Shown: positions 14,126 to 23,830 of the stretch, in pieces
How the letters are laid out: each line of letters begins with the position of its first letter
How positions within the stretch are numbered: the stretch's first letter is position 1
DNA from: Megasphaera elsdenii DSM 20460
Lineage (GTDB): Bacteria; Bacillota; Negativicutes; Veillonellales; Megasphaeraceae
DNA length: 32,000 nt
Reading direction: 5' to 3'
Assembly (NCBI RefSeq): GCF_003010495.1
Contig: NZ_CP027570.1
Span: 2,010,001-2,042,000 of the forward strand
The notes under the pieces: model-generated
Seen by the model: only the letters and a program-made list of their open reading frames with translations
The model's database searches: none
What the model was told of the DNA's origin: nothing
Translations under genes and position numbers: made by a program

Positions 14126-16030
14126 ATGATGACTAAAGATGATTTAGTATATGTAATCCCTGCAGGTCAATATGGTAAAGAAGGTGTGCTGGCCTTACTC
14201 GAACAGCACCCGGAAATTAAATTTGTATCTCTCGTAGGCATCGACCTCGCCGGCAACGATACGGACGAAAAGATTCCTATTAGTGTATTCTTCGATGAAT
14301 ACGATAAATTCTTCAATGCAACGGCTTTCCAGACAGACGGTTCTTCCGTTGTCCTGCCGGGCATTGCTACCTTGTCCAATGCCCGTGTTGACATCAAAGC
14401 CGACCCGAGCGTCAACTGGTTCATCGACTACAATGACGGCAATATCGATCCAGAAACGGGCAAACCTGTCGGCACGCTCCGTATTCCGAGCTTCCTCCGC
14501 CATGCTACGGGCTTTATCGATTCTCGTTCCATCCTTCGCAATACCTGCGATTACGTAGGCGACCAGATTTTGGCTCTTGTTAAAAAATACGGCATTAAAG
14601 GCACGTCCATCAACTCGGACGATATCGAAAAGATTGTCTTCACGACGGCTACAGAATTGGAATTCTGGGTCAAGACGCCGAGCCAGGATGTCGCTACTCG
14701 TCTCCTTTCGGCATCCCAGAAGATGCAGGAACAGTATTGGCAGCGTACACACGGTGTCGTCCGTACGGCACTTGAACAGACCGTTGAACGCTTGGAAAAA
14801 TACGGCTTTGCTCCGGAAATGGGCCATAAAGAAGTCGGCGGCGTTAAAGCACAGATCGATGATTCCGGTAAATTGACCTTCGTCCTGGAACAGCTCGAAG
14901 TCGACTGGAAATATACGAGCGACCCTGTACAGACAGCAGATAACGAAATCGCTGCCCGTATCATCGTCCGCGAAGTCTTCCGTGAAAACGGTCTCGAAGT
15001 TACTTTCCAGGCTAAACCGATCCACGGTGTTGCCGGTTCTGGCGAACATACCCATTTTGGTATCGGTGCCATCATGAAGAACGGCAAATTCGTCAACCTC
15101 TTCAACCCGGACGACATGAAGAGCGAATTCCTTTCGGCTCTTGGTTATGGCGCTATCATGGGTATCCTCAAACACTACGAAGTCATCAACCCCTTCGTAT
15201 CGTCGACGACGGACTCCTTGAACCGTTTGAAACCGGGGTTTGAAGCTCCTGTTTGCATCGTAACGGCTCTCGGCGGGGAAACACCGGACGTTCCGACTCG
15301 TAACCGTTCCGTCCTGATCGGCCTCATTCGCGATATTGCCAGCCCGGCAGCTACGCGTTTCGAACTTCGTGCTCCGAACCCGTTCACCAATACGTTCATT
15401 GCCATTGCCATGTGCTATCTCGGCGCCTTGGATGGTATCAAATATGCACTCTCCAGTGGAAAATCGACGGCTGAACTCTTAGCTGAACTCTCTAAGAAAC
15501 CGGGCGAAGATGCCGATTATCTGGAAAAAGACCGCGCTTATCGTTCCGAAGTCGACGTCTTCGAAAACTTCAACGACGAAGAACGCAATGCCATGTTCGG
15601 CAAAGCTCCGCGCACGGTCTGGGAAAACTTCAAAGCCCTCTCGACGTATCCAGAAAAATTGGACGACCTCGCTTGCGATGCTTTCCAGAAACGCATCATG
15701 GAATCCTTCAAACTCGGCGCTCTCAGCCGCTGGGCTCTGGAACTCCAGTACCGCATCATTCCGGAAAACCTCTCGAAAGTCATCGCTGCCGAACAGCTCC
15801 ATGCTGACGGTGACAGCAATGCTCTCGAAGTCGAACGCTGGACCAAGATCAACGCTCTCCGTACGGAATTAGGCCGTGACACGGAAAAGAGCCTGTCCAT
15901 CTTCTCCAAGATCAAACAGGCCCTGGCTGCTGATGACTACGATACCGCTTCGAACCTCATGGTCGAAATGAGCGATAAAATGGATCAGCTCACTGACATG
16001 TATTACGAATATTCTCATAACGCTTTCTAA
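14126..16030 (+). CDS. Glutamine synthetase, large non-type-I form (type III-like), 634 aa
   Basis: GS family motifs: FQAKPIHGVAGSGEHTHFGI (KP..G..GSG.H.H), LKPGFEAPV (GYEAP-like), NRSVLIGL...RFELRAPNPFTNTFIA. AAAGGAGGAG SD. The length and N-terminus do not fit GS type I. The type assignment is unverified. Confidence 0.8.
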   Translation: MMTKDDLVYVIPAGQYGKEGVLALLEQHPEIKFVSLVGIDLAGNDTDEKIPISVFFDEYDKFFNATAFQTDGSSVVLPGIATLSNARVDIKADPSVNWFIDYNDGNIDPETGKPVGTLRIPSFLRHATGFIDSRSILRNTCDYVGDQILALVKKYGIKGTSINSDDIEKIVFTTATELEFWVKTPSQDVATRLLSASQKMQEQYWQRTHGVVRTALEQTVERLEKYGFAPEMGHKEVGGVKAQIDDSGKLTFVLEQLEVDWKYTSDPVQTADNEIAARIIVREVFRENGLEVTFQAKPIHGVAGSGEHTHFGIGAIMKNGKFVNLFNPDDMKSEFLSALGYGAIMGILKHYEVINPFVSSTTDSLNRLKPGFEAPVCIVTALGGETPDVPTRNRSVLIGLIRDIASPAATRFELRAPNPFTNTFIAIAMCYLGALDGIKYALSSGKSTAELLAELSKKPGEDADYLEKDRAYRSEVDVFENFNDEERNAMFGKAPRTVWENFKALSTYPEKLDDLACDAFQKRIMESFKLGALSRWALELQYRIIPENLSKVIAAEQLHADGDSNALEVERWTKINALRTELGRDTEKSLSIFSKIKQALAADDYDTASNLMVEMSDKMDQLTDMYYEYSHNAF

Positions 16031-16046
16031 TACATCGTTTGGATGT

Positions 16047-16083
16047 AAAAAGGAGCTGTCGCAATGCGACAGCTCCTTTTTTC
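16047..16083. terminator. Bidirectional rho-independent terminator shared by the GS gene (+) and the OMP gene (-)
   Basis: AAAA-AGGAGCTGTCGCA-a-TGCGACAGCTCCT-TTTTT: perfect arms of about 12 bp, flanked by an A-run and a T-run. Confidence 0.85.
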
Positions 16084-16114
16084 GGTCCCTTTGGACCGCG
16101 GCGGCCTGCGCCCT

Positions 16115-16618
16115 TTAGAAATGGAAGGTCACGCCGGCGCCGACGCCGTGTTCGTTGTCGCCGTCTTCAGGCATATAATTGTGGTAATTGATGTTCAATC
16201 CCCAGCCGAAGGCGATGTTGTAGTTGAGGCCGGCCTGGGTTTCGGCGAAATGCGAGCCTTTGACATAAGTCGCATAGGGCTGGAGACCCAGAATGTGGGG
16301 TGCAGCGACGCCGATGCCGCCGTAGAAGGATGTCGAGCTCGCTTGGTCGTCGATGTTGTTGCGCCAGCCACCTAGGAGCTGGACTTTCGAGCCGATGACG
16401 TTGTATTTGGCATAGATGTCGTTCTGGTTGCCGTACTGGTCGCGGTCGGCTCGTTTGTAGCCAATCGTCGTCCGCGGCAGGACTTTAGCTTCGGCGTACT
16501 GTTCTTTCGTGCCGACGCCGAGGCTGACACCGGCTTCGGGCAGGACGGATAAGGCAAAGGCCTGGGGCAGGGCGAAAGCCGTGCAGGCCAGCAGGGCTGT
16601 GGTCAATTTCTTTAACAT
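16115..16618 (-). CDS. Small beta-barrel outer-membrane protein (about 8-strand OMP class)
   Basis: Signal peptide MLKKLTTALLACTAFALPQAFA. Alternating aromatic/hydrophilic beta-strand pattern. Terminal GAGVTFHF ends in Phe, the OMP C-terminal signature. Confidence 0.75.
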   Translation of the reverse strand: MLKKLTTALLACTAFALPQAFALSVLPEAGVSLGVGTKEQYAEAKVLPRTTIGYKRADRDQYGNQNDIYAKYNVIGSKVQLLGGWRNNIDDQASSTSFYGGIGVAAPHILGLQPYATYVKGSHFAETQAGLNYNIAFGWGLNINYHNYMPEDGDNEHGVGAGVTFHF

Positions 16619-16645
16619 AACAATCTCTCCTTTCGGGTGGATGGA

Positions 16646-17401
16646 TTATTTCAATTCCAGGCCGACCGGGCAGTGGTCGCTGCCGGTGATGTCGGTATAG
16701 ATGGATGCTTTGGCCAGGCGGCTGTCCAGGTCTTTCGTGGTCAGGAAGTAGTCGATGCGCCACCCGGCATTGTTCTGACGGGCTTTGAAGCGGTAGCTCC
16801 ACCACGAATACACGCCGGTCACATCGGGGTAGAAGTAGCGCCACGTATCGGTGAAGCCCGCCGCCAATAGATCAGTCATCTTCTGCCGTTCTTCGTCAGA
16901 GAAGCCGGCATTCTTTCGGTTCGTCTTGGGGTTCTTGAGGTCGATTTCTTCATGGGCTACGTTGAGGTCGCCGCAGACGATGACCGGTTTTTCCTGGTGC
17001 AGGTCCAGCAGGTACTGGCGGAAATCGTCTTCCCATTTCATGCGGTACGGCAGGCGGGCCAGCTCGCTCTGGGAATTGGGGGTATAGCAGGTTACGAAGT
17101 AATAATCGGGAAATTCCAGGGTAATCAGGCGCCCTTCGTGGTCGTGTTCGTCGATGCCCATGCCGTAGCGGACGGACAGGGGGGCCAGGCGGGTGAAGAT
17201 GGCCGTGCCGCTGTAGCCTTTGCGGTCGGCGTAGTTCCAGTATTGTTCATACCCGGGCAGGTCCAGGTCGATCTGGCCGGCCTGGAGCTTCGTTTCCTGC
17301 AGGCAGAAGACGTCGGCGTCGAGGGCCTGGAAGATATCCAGGAAGCCTTTCTTCATGACGGCCCGCAGGCCGTTGACGTTCCAGGAAATAAATTTTGTCA
17401 T
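16646..17401 (-). CDS. xth: Exodeoxyribonuclease III (AP endonuclease)
   Basis: MTKFISWNVNGLRA..., FCLQETK, GDLNVAHEEIDL, SDHCPV are ExoIII/EEP family motifs. GGTGA lies 5 nt upstream of ATG 17401. GTG 17410 is itself part of that SD. Confidence 0.92.
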   Translation of the reverse strand: MTKFISWNVNGLRAVMKKGFLDIFQALDADVFCLQETKLQAGQIDLDLPGYEQYWNYADRKGYSGTAIFTRLAPLSVRYGMGIDEHDHEGRLITLEFPDYYFVTCYTPNSQSELARLPYRMKWEDDFRQYLLDLHQEKPVIVCGDLNVAHEEIDLKNPKTNRKNAGFSDEERQKMTDLLAAGFTDTWRYFYPDVTGVYSWWSYRFKARQNNAGWRIDYFLTTKDLDSRLAKASIYTDITGSDHCPVGLELK

Positions 17402-17579
17402 GCAAATCACCTTTCTTCCTTATATATCTAGGATATTGATACATTTTTTGTTATAATGAATGTAAACTATAACAATGATGACGTACAGCCATGGAATAGC
17501 GTGGCGTGGAACCGCGCATACTCGTCCTTATTGTATAAAATCGCTGTACGATTGTCAAAACAATGAAGCAGGTGATAGT

Positions 17580-19217
17580 ATGGCAGTACATGAATTGGCA
17601 GGTACTAAAGTAAGAAAAGAAGACTACATTGATTTGAACGCCATCGCTGCGGCATATCATTCGACGCATCCCGATGTGACGGATCCTCATCAGCAGGTCC
17701 GCTTCGGCACGTCAGGCCATCGCGGCCAGGCCGGCAACGGCAGCTTTACCGAGGACCACGTGGCGGCCATTACCCAGGCCGTCTGCAACTTCCGCAAACA
17801 GTTTGGCGCGGAAGGGCCCCTGTTCGTCGGCGAAGACACCCATTATTTATCGAAACTGGCTTATGAAACGGTCTTGTCCGTCCTGGCAGCCAACGGTGTC
17901 ACGGCTTACGTCGATAACGAAGGTGATTTCGTACCGACGCCGTCGGTATCGCGGGCCATCCTGCGCTACAACCGCCGTCGCGAAGAACGCCTGGCCGACG
18001 GCTTGATCATCACGCCATCCCATAATCCTCCGGAACACGGCGGTATCAAGTATAACCCCATTACCGGCGGGCCGGCCGGCTCGGACATCACCAAGGCCAT
18101 CGAAACGGAAGCCAACCGCCTCCTGGCAGGCCATAACCAGGACGTCAGGATGATGGCCTATGACCAGGCCAAAGACAGCGCGTTCGTCGTCCCTTACGAC
18201 TACAAGGGCCTTTACGTGGCGGAACTGGAATCCATCATCGACATGGACGCCATCCGCGATGCCAAGCTGCGCATCCTGGTCAATGCCCTGGGCGGGTCGG
18301 GCATGAATTACTGGCACCAGATTTCCGATGTGTATCGTCTCGACCTGGACTTCGTCAACGATACGTATGATCCGCAGTTCACGTTCATGAATTACGACCA
18401 CGACGGCAAGGTCCGCATGGACTGCTCATCGGCCTATGTCATGTCGGCCGTTACCGGCCAGGCCGCCGATTACAACCTCATCCTGGCCAATGACCCGGAC
18501 TACGACCGCTTCGGTATCGTTTCCGGCGCGGAAGGCATGATCTCGGCCAATGCCTTCCTGACCGTCGCCGCTCATTACCTCATGACCCACCGCAATTTCG
18601 AAGGCCTGGGCATCGCCAAGACCGTCGTCACGACGGATATGCTGGCCCGGGCAGCCAAGCTCCTCGATATCCCCCTCTATGAAGTACCGGTAGGCTTCAA
18701 GTATTTCGGCCCCCTCTACACGGAAGGCAAGATCGCCTTTTCCGGCGAAGAAAGTGCCGGCGGCTCCTTCATCGCTAAGGACCGCAGTGTCTGGACGACC
18801 GACAAGGACGGCATGATCATGTGCCTCTTGGCTGCGGAAATCCGCGCCGTTACGGGCAAGTCGCCCATCGAATATTACAACGACCTCTGCGAAAAACTGG
18901 GTCGGCCCTATACCATGCGCAGCGATGCGCCGGCAACGCTGGAAGAAAAAGATAAGATCAGCGCCCTTACGGAAGACGACGTCACGGAAAAGACCTTGTG
19001 CGGCAGCCCGATTACGGCGGTCCTCTCCAAGTCTCCCTACGGTGATTTCGCCATTGGCGGCGTCAAGATTACGACCGATGACGGCTGGGTCGCCGCCCGC
19101 CCGTCCGGCACGGAAGACCTGTACAAATTGTATGCCGAAAGCTTCGTCTCGCCAGACCAGGCCGGAAAGCTCCTGGAAGAAGGCAAGGCCCTCATCAGCA
19201 AGGCCCTGAATAAATAG
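17580..19217 (+). CDS. pgm: Phosphoglucomutase (alpha-D-glucose phosphate-specific)
   Basis: FGTSGHRG (active-site Ser loop), ITPSHNP, GGSG, GEESAGG, RPSGTE. AGGTGA lies 5 nt upstream of ATG 17580. The ORF-track start at 17475 is rejected (no SD, lies in the leader). Confidence 0.92.
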   Translation: MAVHELAGTKVRKEDYIDLNAIAAAYHSTHPDVTDPHQQVRFGTSGHRGQAGNGSFTEDHVAAITQAVCNFRKQFGAEGPLFVGEDTHYLSKLAYETVLSVLAANGVTAYVDNEGDFVPTPSVSRAILRYNRRREERLADGLIITPSHNPPEHGGIKYNPITGGPAGSDITKAIETEANRLLAGHNQDVRMMAYDQAKDSAFVVPYDYKGLYVAELESIIDMDAIRDAKLRILVNALGGSGMNYWHQISDVYRLDLDFVNDTYDPQFTFMNYDHDGKVRMDCSSAYVMSAVTGQAADYNLILANDPDYDRFGIVSGAEGMISANAFLTVAAHYLMTHRNFEGLGIAKTVVTTDMLARAAKLLDIPLYEVPVGFKYFGPLYTEGKIAFSGEESAGGSFIAKDRSVWTTDKDGMIMCLLAAEIRAVTGKSPIEYYNDLCEKLGRPYTMRSDAPATLEEKDKISALTEDDVTEKTLCGSPITAVLSKSPYGDFAIGGVKITTDDGWVAARPSGTEDLYKLYAESFVSPDQAGKLLEEGKALISKALNK

Positions 19218-19220
19218 TCT

Positions 19221-19305
19221 GTTTGGTGTTATATGTTTGACGTTTGATGTAGATGGAGTGAAATTAGAAACCGTCACATCAAACGTCAAGCTTCAAACAT
19301 CAAAC
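19221..19305. repeat. Compound palindromic intergenic repeat built from GTTTGATGT units (copy A)
   Basis: Outer stem GTTTGGTGTT (19221-19230) / AACATCAAAC (19296-19305) with one G-U. Inner perfect 14-bp stem TTGACGTTTGATGT (19237-19250) / ACATCAAACGTCAA (19276-19289). It starts 4 nt after the pgm stop. Confidence 0.75.
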
Positions 19306-19460
19306 TCGGCATGATGGCAGGAACCTTCGTTCGATAGGCCCCCATATATGGCAGTTTGTCGTCAATTCTATCATTTCGTATGCAGACAGTGGAAATCAGT
19401 ACGCTACCTGTGCTATAATAGGGAAGCATGGAATTTAATAACAAAAAGGAGTGGACAGCT

Positions 19461-19733
19461 GTGAAAGTTGTAATCACCGTAGTTGGCGTGGACCGTACCG
19501 GTATCATCGCCGCCGTCAGCCAGATCATGGCAGAAAATAAAGTCAATATCCTTACGATCAATCAGGTCATTTTGGATGGCATTTTTAACATGGCCATGAT
19601 CGTCGACATGGACAATTCCGACATCACCTTAGATACCTTGCAGGATTTGCTCAAACAGAAGGGCGATGCCCTGGGCGTTGAAATCCGGGCGCAGAACCAG
19701 GCTATTTTTGACGCAATGCATCGTGTAGGCTAA
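19461..19733 (+). CDS. ACT domain-containing protein (UPF0237 family), 90 aa
   Basis: [35 protein letters not shown] is an ACT-fold N-terminus. AGGAG lies 9 nt upstream of GTG 19461. An extended -10, TGcTATAAT, sits at 19411-19419, so ATG 19428 would be almost leaderless. Confidence 0.8.
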   Translation: MKVVITVVGVDRTGIIAAVSQIMAENKVNILTINQVILDGIFNMAMIVDMDNSDITLDTLQDLLKQKGDALGVEIRAQNQAIFDAMHRVG

Positions 19734-19744
19734 GGAGATATGAT

Positions 19745-21103
19745 ATGCTGACAATCCAAGACGTACTTGAAACGAATCAGATGATTCAGAAGAACAACCT
19801 TGACGTCCGCACCATCACCATGGGCATCAGCCTCCTCGACTGCTGCGCCAGCGACGGCAAGACCTTGTGCAACAATATTTACGATAAGATTACGAAATAC
19901 GGTGAACACTTAGTTGAGACGGGGGAAGCCATCTCCCGTGAATACGGCGTGCCCATCATCAATAAGCGCGTTTCCGTAACACCTATCAGCCTCGTCGCCG
20001 GGGCCAGCGACCTGACGAGTTACGTCGACGTCGCCCGGACCCTCGACAAAGCGGCCAAGGAAATCGGCATCAACTTCATCGGCGGTTTCTCGGCCCTCGT
20101 CGAACGGGGCATGAGCAAAGGCGACCGCATCCTCATCGACTCCATCGCCGAAAGCCTGGCTGTGACCGACCTCGTCTGCAGTTCCGTTGCCGTCGGCTCG
20201 ACGAAAGCCGGCATCAACATGGACGCTGTCGCTGAAATGGGACGCGTCTTCAAGGACCTGGCCGAACGGACGAAAGACCAGGATGCTTTAGGCTGCGCCA
20301 AACTCGTCGTCTTCTCCAATGCCGTCGAAGACAACCCCTTCATGGCCGGCGCCTTCCACGGCGTCACCAATGGCGATTCGTGCATCAGCGTCGGCGTCAG
20401 CGGCCCGGGCGTCGTCAAAGTTGCCCTGGAACAGGTCAAAGGCCAGCCCTTTGACGTCGTCGCCGAAACCATCAAGAAGACGGCCTTCAAGATCACCCGC
20501 GTCGGCCAGCTCGTCGCCATGGAAGCGTCGAAGCGCCTCAACATGCCTTTCGGCATCATCGACCTGTCCCTGGCTCCGACACCGGCTGTCGGCGACAGCG
20601 TCGCTTCCATCCTGGAAGAAATGGGCCTGGAAAGCTGTGGTGCCTGCGGTACGACGGCAGCTCTGGCCCTGCTCAACGACGCCGTCAAGAAAGGCGGTCT
20701 CATGGCTTCGTCCCGCGTCGGCGGCCTGTCCGGCGCTTTCATCCCGGTCAGTGAAGACAAGGGCATGCTCGAAGCCGTCGGCCGTGGCAGCCTGAGCTTG
20801 GAAAAACTGGAAGCCATGACCTGTGTCTGCTCGGTCGGCCTCGACATGATTGCCATCCCTGGCAATACGCCGGCCTCGACCATTTCGGCCATCATCGCCG
20901 ACGAATCGGCTATCGGCATGATCAATAATAAGACGACAGCCGTCCGCGTCATCCCCGTACCGGGCAAGGACGTAGGCGACAATGTTGAATTCGGCGGCCT
21001 CCTCGGCCATTGCCCGATCATCAACGTCAATAAATACAAGTCGGACGAATTCATTGCCCGCGGCGGCCGTATCCCGGCGCCCATGCGCAGTCTGACGAAC
21101 TGA
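19745..21103 (+). CDS. UPF0210 / DUF711 family protein (function unknown)
   Basis: 452 aa. [33 protein letters not shown]... matches my recollection of UPF0210 N-termini. It shows the conserved pairing with the preceding small ACT protein. Confidence 0.75.
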   Translation: MLTIQDVLETNQMIQKNNLDVRTITMGISLLDCCASDGKTLCNNIYDKITKYGEHLVETGEAISREYGVPIINKRVSVTPISLVAGASDLTSYVDVARTLDKAAKEIGINFIGGFSALVERGMSKGDRILIDSIAESLAVTDLVCSSVAVGSTKAGINMDAVAEMGRVFKDLAERTKDQDALGCAKLVVFSNAVEDNPFMAGAFHGVTNGDSCISVGVSGPGVVKVALEQVKGQPFDVVAETIKKTAFKITRVGQLVAMEASKRLNMPFGIIDLSLAPTPAVGDSVASILEEMGLESCGACGTTAALALLNDAVKKGGLMASSRVGGLSGAFIPVSEDKGMLEAVGRGSLSLEKLEAMTCVCSVGLDMIAIPGNTPASTISAIIADESAIGMINNKTTAVRVIPVPGKDVGDNVEFGGLLGHCPIINVNKYKSDEFIARGGRIPAPMRSLTN

Positions 21104-21130
21104 TAGATTAATGGAAAGTAGGCGTGTGTT

Positions 21131-22168
21131 GTGCTCCAATATGTTGTACCCTTTGTAATCGCATTAGTCGTTTCCTATGCTTTGACGCCGAGCGTCAAGA
21201 AATTGGCCATCAAGATCGGCGCCGTGGACCGGCCCAATGCAAGAAAGGTACATACTCATGTCATCCCGCGGCTCGGCGGGCTGGCAATCTATATCGGCTT
21301 CATGGCAGCTGTCCTGTTCTGCGTGCCCTTGCAGCATGAACTGGTCGGGATGCTCCTGGGCTGCACGGCCATCGTCGCCGTCGGCATCTGGGACGATATC
21401 TGCAATATCCCGGCCAAGGTCAAGCTCGTCGGTCAGATCCTGGCCGCCTGCATACCCATCGCCTTTGGCATCCAGATCGAATGGCTGACCAATCCTTTTG
21501 GTGATATCATCGTCTTACCGGAGCTCATTGCGATTCCCGTGACGATTTTCTGGATTATCGGCTTCACCAATACGGTGAACCTCATCGACGGCCTCGACGG
21601 CCTGGCAGCCGGCGTCGCTTTCATCGCATCCATTTCGATGTTCCTCTTGGCTTATAACCTGAACCAGTTCCTGCCGGCCCTGGTCATCGTCTCCATGGCA
21701 GGGGCAGCCCTGGGCTTTTTGCAGTACAATTTCAACCCGGCCAAGATCTTCATGGGCGATACGGGCAGTATGCTCCTCGGCTATACCCTGTCCGTAGCGG
21801 CTGTATTAGGGCTGGTCAAGACGGCGGCTACCGTAGCCCTCGTCGTGCCCATCATCGCCCTGGGCCTGCCGATCCTCGATACGACCTTTGCTATCATCCG
21901 CCGCAAGATGAGCGGTGTCCCCATTTTCCAGCCTGACAAGGGCCATCTGCATCATCGCCTGCTGGCCCTGGGCATGACACAAAAGCAAGCTGTATTAATA
22001 ATGTATTTTGTCAGCATGATTCTCGGCATCGTAGCCCTCTTTGTAGCCAACGTGAGCTATAAGACGGGTATCGTGACTGTCCTGGTCGTTCTTGCCGTCA
22101 TCATCTATTCGGCAAAACGCATTGGCATATTGCGCAAATCAACGACCGATTCTACCCACAAGCAGTAG
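21131..22168 (+). CDS. Undecaprenyl-phosphate N-acetylhexosamine-1-phosphate transferase (MraY/WecA/TagO glycosyltransferase family 4)
   Basis: Polytopic membrane protein. DRPNARKVHTHVIPRLGGLAIY, NLIDGLDGLA and FMGDTGS are family motifs. Confidence 0.85.
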   Translation: MLQYVVPFVIALVVSYALTPSVKKLAIKIGAVDRPNARKVHTHVIPRLGGLAIYIGFMAAVLFCVPLQHELVGMLLGCTAIVAVGIWDDICNIPAKVKLVGQILAACIPIAFGIQIEWLTNPFGDIIVLPELIAIPVTIFWIIGFTNTVNLIDGLDGLAAGVAFIASISMFLLAYNLNQFLPALVIVSMAGAALGFLQYNFNPAKIFMGDTGSMLLGYTLSVAAVLGLVKTAATVALVVPIIALGLPILDTTFAIIRRKMSGVPIFQPDKGHLHHRLLALGMTQKQAVLIMYFVSMILGIVALFVANVSYKTGIVTVLVVLAVIIYSAKRIGILRKSTTDSTHKQ

Positions 22169-22207
22169 TGGGTGGAATCGGTTGTCTTATAAGGAGGTTT
22201 TTTGATT

Positions 22208-23356
22208 ATGATCAAGGTAATGACTGTATTCGGTACGCGGCCGGAAGCCATCAAGATGGCGCCTGTCGTACTGGAATTACAGAAACATGCCGATAAGATC
22301 CAGACTATCGTCGCCGTTACGGCCCAGCATCGTCAGATGCTCGATCAGGTTTTGGATCTCTTCCAGATTACGCCGGACTATGACTTGGATATCATGTCCC
22401 AGGGGCAGACGCTGTACGACATTACGACCAAGTCCCTTATGGGCCTGAAGGATGTCCTGGCCAAGGAAAAACCGGACCTGGTCCTGGTCCACGGCGATAC
22501 GACGACGACCTTCGCCGGCGCCCTGGCTTCGTATTACCAGCAGGTCCCGGTAGGCCACGTCGAAGCCGGTCTGCGGACAGGGGACATCTATTCGCCGTTC
22601 CCGGAAGAAATGAACCGCAAGCTGACCGGTGCCATCGCGGCCATCCACTTTGCGCCGACGTCGACGGCCAAGGCCAACCTGCTCAAGGAAAACGTGAACC
22701 CTTCTCATATCTATGTGACGGGGAACACCGTCATCGACGCCTTGATGACGACCGTCGCCGGCGACTATGACTTCGGCGACGACTTGAAATCCGTCGACTT
22801 CCAGAACCACCGGGTCATCCTCTTGACGACGCACCGCCGGGAAAACCTGGGCGAACCGATGCGCCACATCTATAAGGCCCTGCGCCGCATCATCGAAGAG
22901 ATCCCCGATACGGAAATCGTCTTTCCTGTTCACCGCAATCCGCTGGTCCGCAAGGTCGTCGAAGAAGAACTGGCCGGTGTCGACCGCATCCATCTCATCG
23001 ACCCCATGGAATATGAACCTTTCGCCAACCTCATGAGCCTGAGCAGCCTCGTCCTCACAGACTCTGGCGGTATCCAGGAAGAAGCGCCGTCCCTTGGTAA
23101 GCCCGTCCTGGTCCTGCGCAATACGACGGAACGGCCGGAAGCCGTCGAAGCCGGTACGGTACGCCTCATTGGCACGGACAAAGACGTCGTCTATGCCGAA
23201 ACGAAACGCCTCCTGACCGACCAGGCCGCCTACGATGCCATGAGCAACGCCGTCAATCCCTATGGCGACGGCAAGGCTTCGCAGCGCATCGTCCAGGCCA
23301 TCCTCCACGATTTTGCCGGAGAAGAAGGCCTTCCCGACGATTTCAGCCGGTCTTGA
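22208..23356 (+). CDS. wecB: UDP-N-acetylglucosamine 2-epimerase (non-hydrolysing)
   Basis: IKVMTVFGTRPEAIKMAPV, VHGDTTTTFAGALA, HVEAGLRT, TDSGGIQEEAPSLGKPVLVLR. AAGGAGG upstream. TTG 22202 is an alternative start. Confidence 0.92.
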   Translation: MIKVMTVFGTRPEAIKMAPVVLELQKHADKIQTIVAVTAQHRQMLDQVLDLFQITPDYDLDIMSQGQTLYDITTKSLMGLKDVLAKEKPDLVLVHGDTTTTFAGALASYYQQVPVGHVEAGLRTGDIYSPFPEEMNRKLTGAIAAIHFAPTSTAKANLLKENVNPSHIYVTGNTVIDALMTTVAGDYDFGDDLKSVDFQNHRVILLTTHRRENLGEPMRHIYKALRRIIEEIPDTEIVFPVHRNPLVRKVVEEELAGVDRIHLIDPMEYEPFANLMSLSSLVLTDSGGIQEEAPSLGKPVLVLRNTTERPEAVEAGTVRLIGTDKDVVYAETKRLLTDQAAYDAMSNAVNPYGDGKASQRIVQAILHDFAGEEGLPDDFSRS

Positions 23357-23418
23357 TTATCTGTAGCTATACTGAGAATTGTTTTTAGCTATAACGTTTG
23401 ATTTTCTTGAAATTTATA

Positions 23419-23447
23419 TTGCTTTTCCCGATTTTCCGTGCTAAAAT
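23419..23447 (+). promoter_or_regulatory. Promoter of the atp operon
   Basis: TTGCTT (23419-23424), 17-nt spacer, TAAAAT (23442-23447), with TG at 23439-23440 (extended -10). Confidence 0.5.
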
Positions 23448-23535
23448 AAGCCAATAATCGTTGCAGGCAGTATATGCATACTATACCTGACGATTATGGG
23501 AAAACTGCCATCGCCCGAGCAGGAGTGTATGTAAT

Positions 23536-23811
23536 ATGAGACATCATGATGATTCTCACGATGACAAATTAAATCACATGAAGCTTTGGGATATTGTCGT
23601 CATTGCCGGTTCCCTGGGCTTGTCTCTCTTCGTCTGTATCTGTGTCGGCGTCGCCATGGGCCGCTTCATCGATGTCCATGCCGGGACGTCGCCGTGGGGA
23701 CTGATCCTCTTTTCCCTCATCGGTGCCGTGTCCGGGTTCTGGACCTTGTATAAGAAAGCCTTATCCTATCAGCAGGATGAGGACCGCCATGGCCGGCATC
23801 AGGGCAAATGA
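23536..23811 (+). CDS. atpZ: AtpZ/AtpI-family small membrane protein (putative F0F1-ATPase accessory subunit)
   Basis: Two TM helices. GRFIDVHAGTSPWGLILFSLIGAVSGFWTLYKKA matches the AtpZ-type motif (W..TSPW...G...G). First gene of the atp operon. Confidence 0.75.
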   Translation: MRHHDDSHDDKLNHMKLWDIVVIAGSLGLSLFVCICVGVAMGRFIDVHAGTSPWGLILFSLIGAVSGFWTLYKKALSYQQDEDRHGRHQGK

Positions 23812-23830
23812 GCATCACGGAGGATAGCCT

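Noticed and set aside
14050-14136. 28-codon leader ORF (MKQESKKTPNLNHRGGVFFFTQRRSHDD) running through the glutamine synthetase leader terminator, considered as a leader-peptide attenuator
   Set aside because: No Shine-Dalgarno precedes ATG 14050, and there is no run of regulatory Gln/Asn codons. The ORF is probably fortuitous.
14195-23308. Other long antisense or alternate-frame ORFs in host genes (14195-15175, 18426-19289, 20020-21084, 20288-21139, 22277-23308, 26156-27094, 30973-31710; plus-strand alternate frames such as 12528-13175, 27936-28565)
   Set aside because: All overlap confidently identified genes, have Arg/Ala/Gly/Pro-rich compositions typical of off-frame GC-rich translation, and lack ribosome-binding sites.
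23364-23397. Direct repeat TAGCTATA...TAGCTATA downstream of the epimerase gene
   Set aside because: It is an 8-nt repeat in AT-rich intergenic DNA and is compatible with chance. No associated structure or gene was seen.
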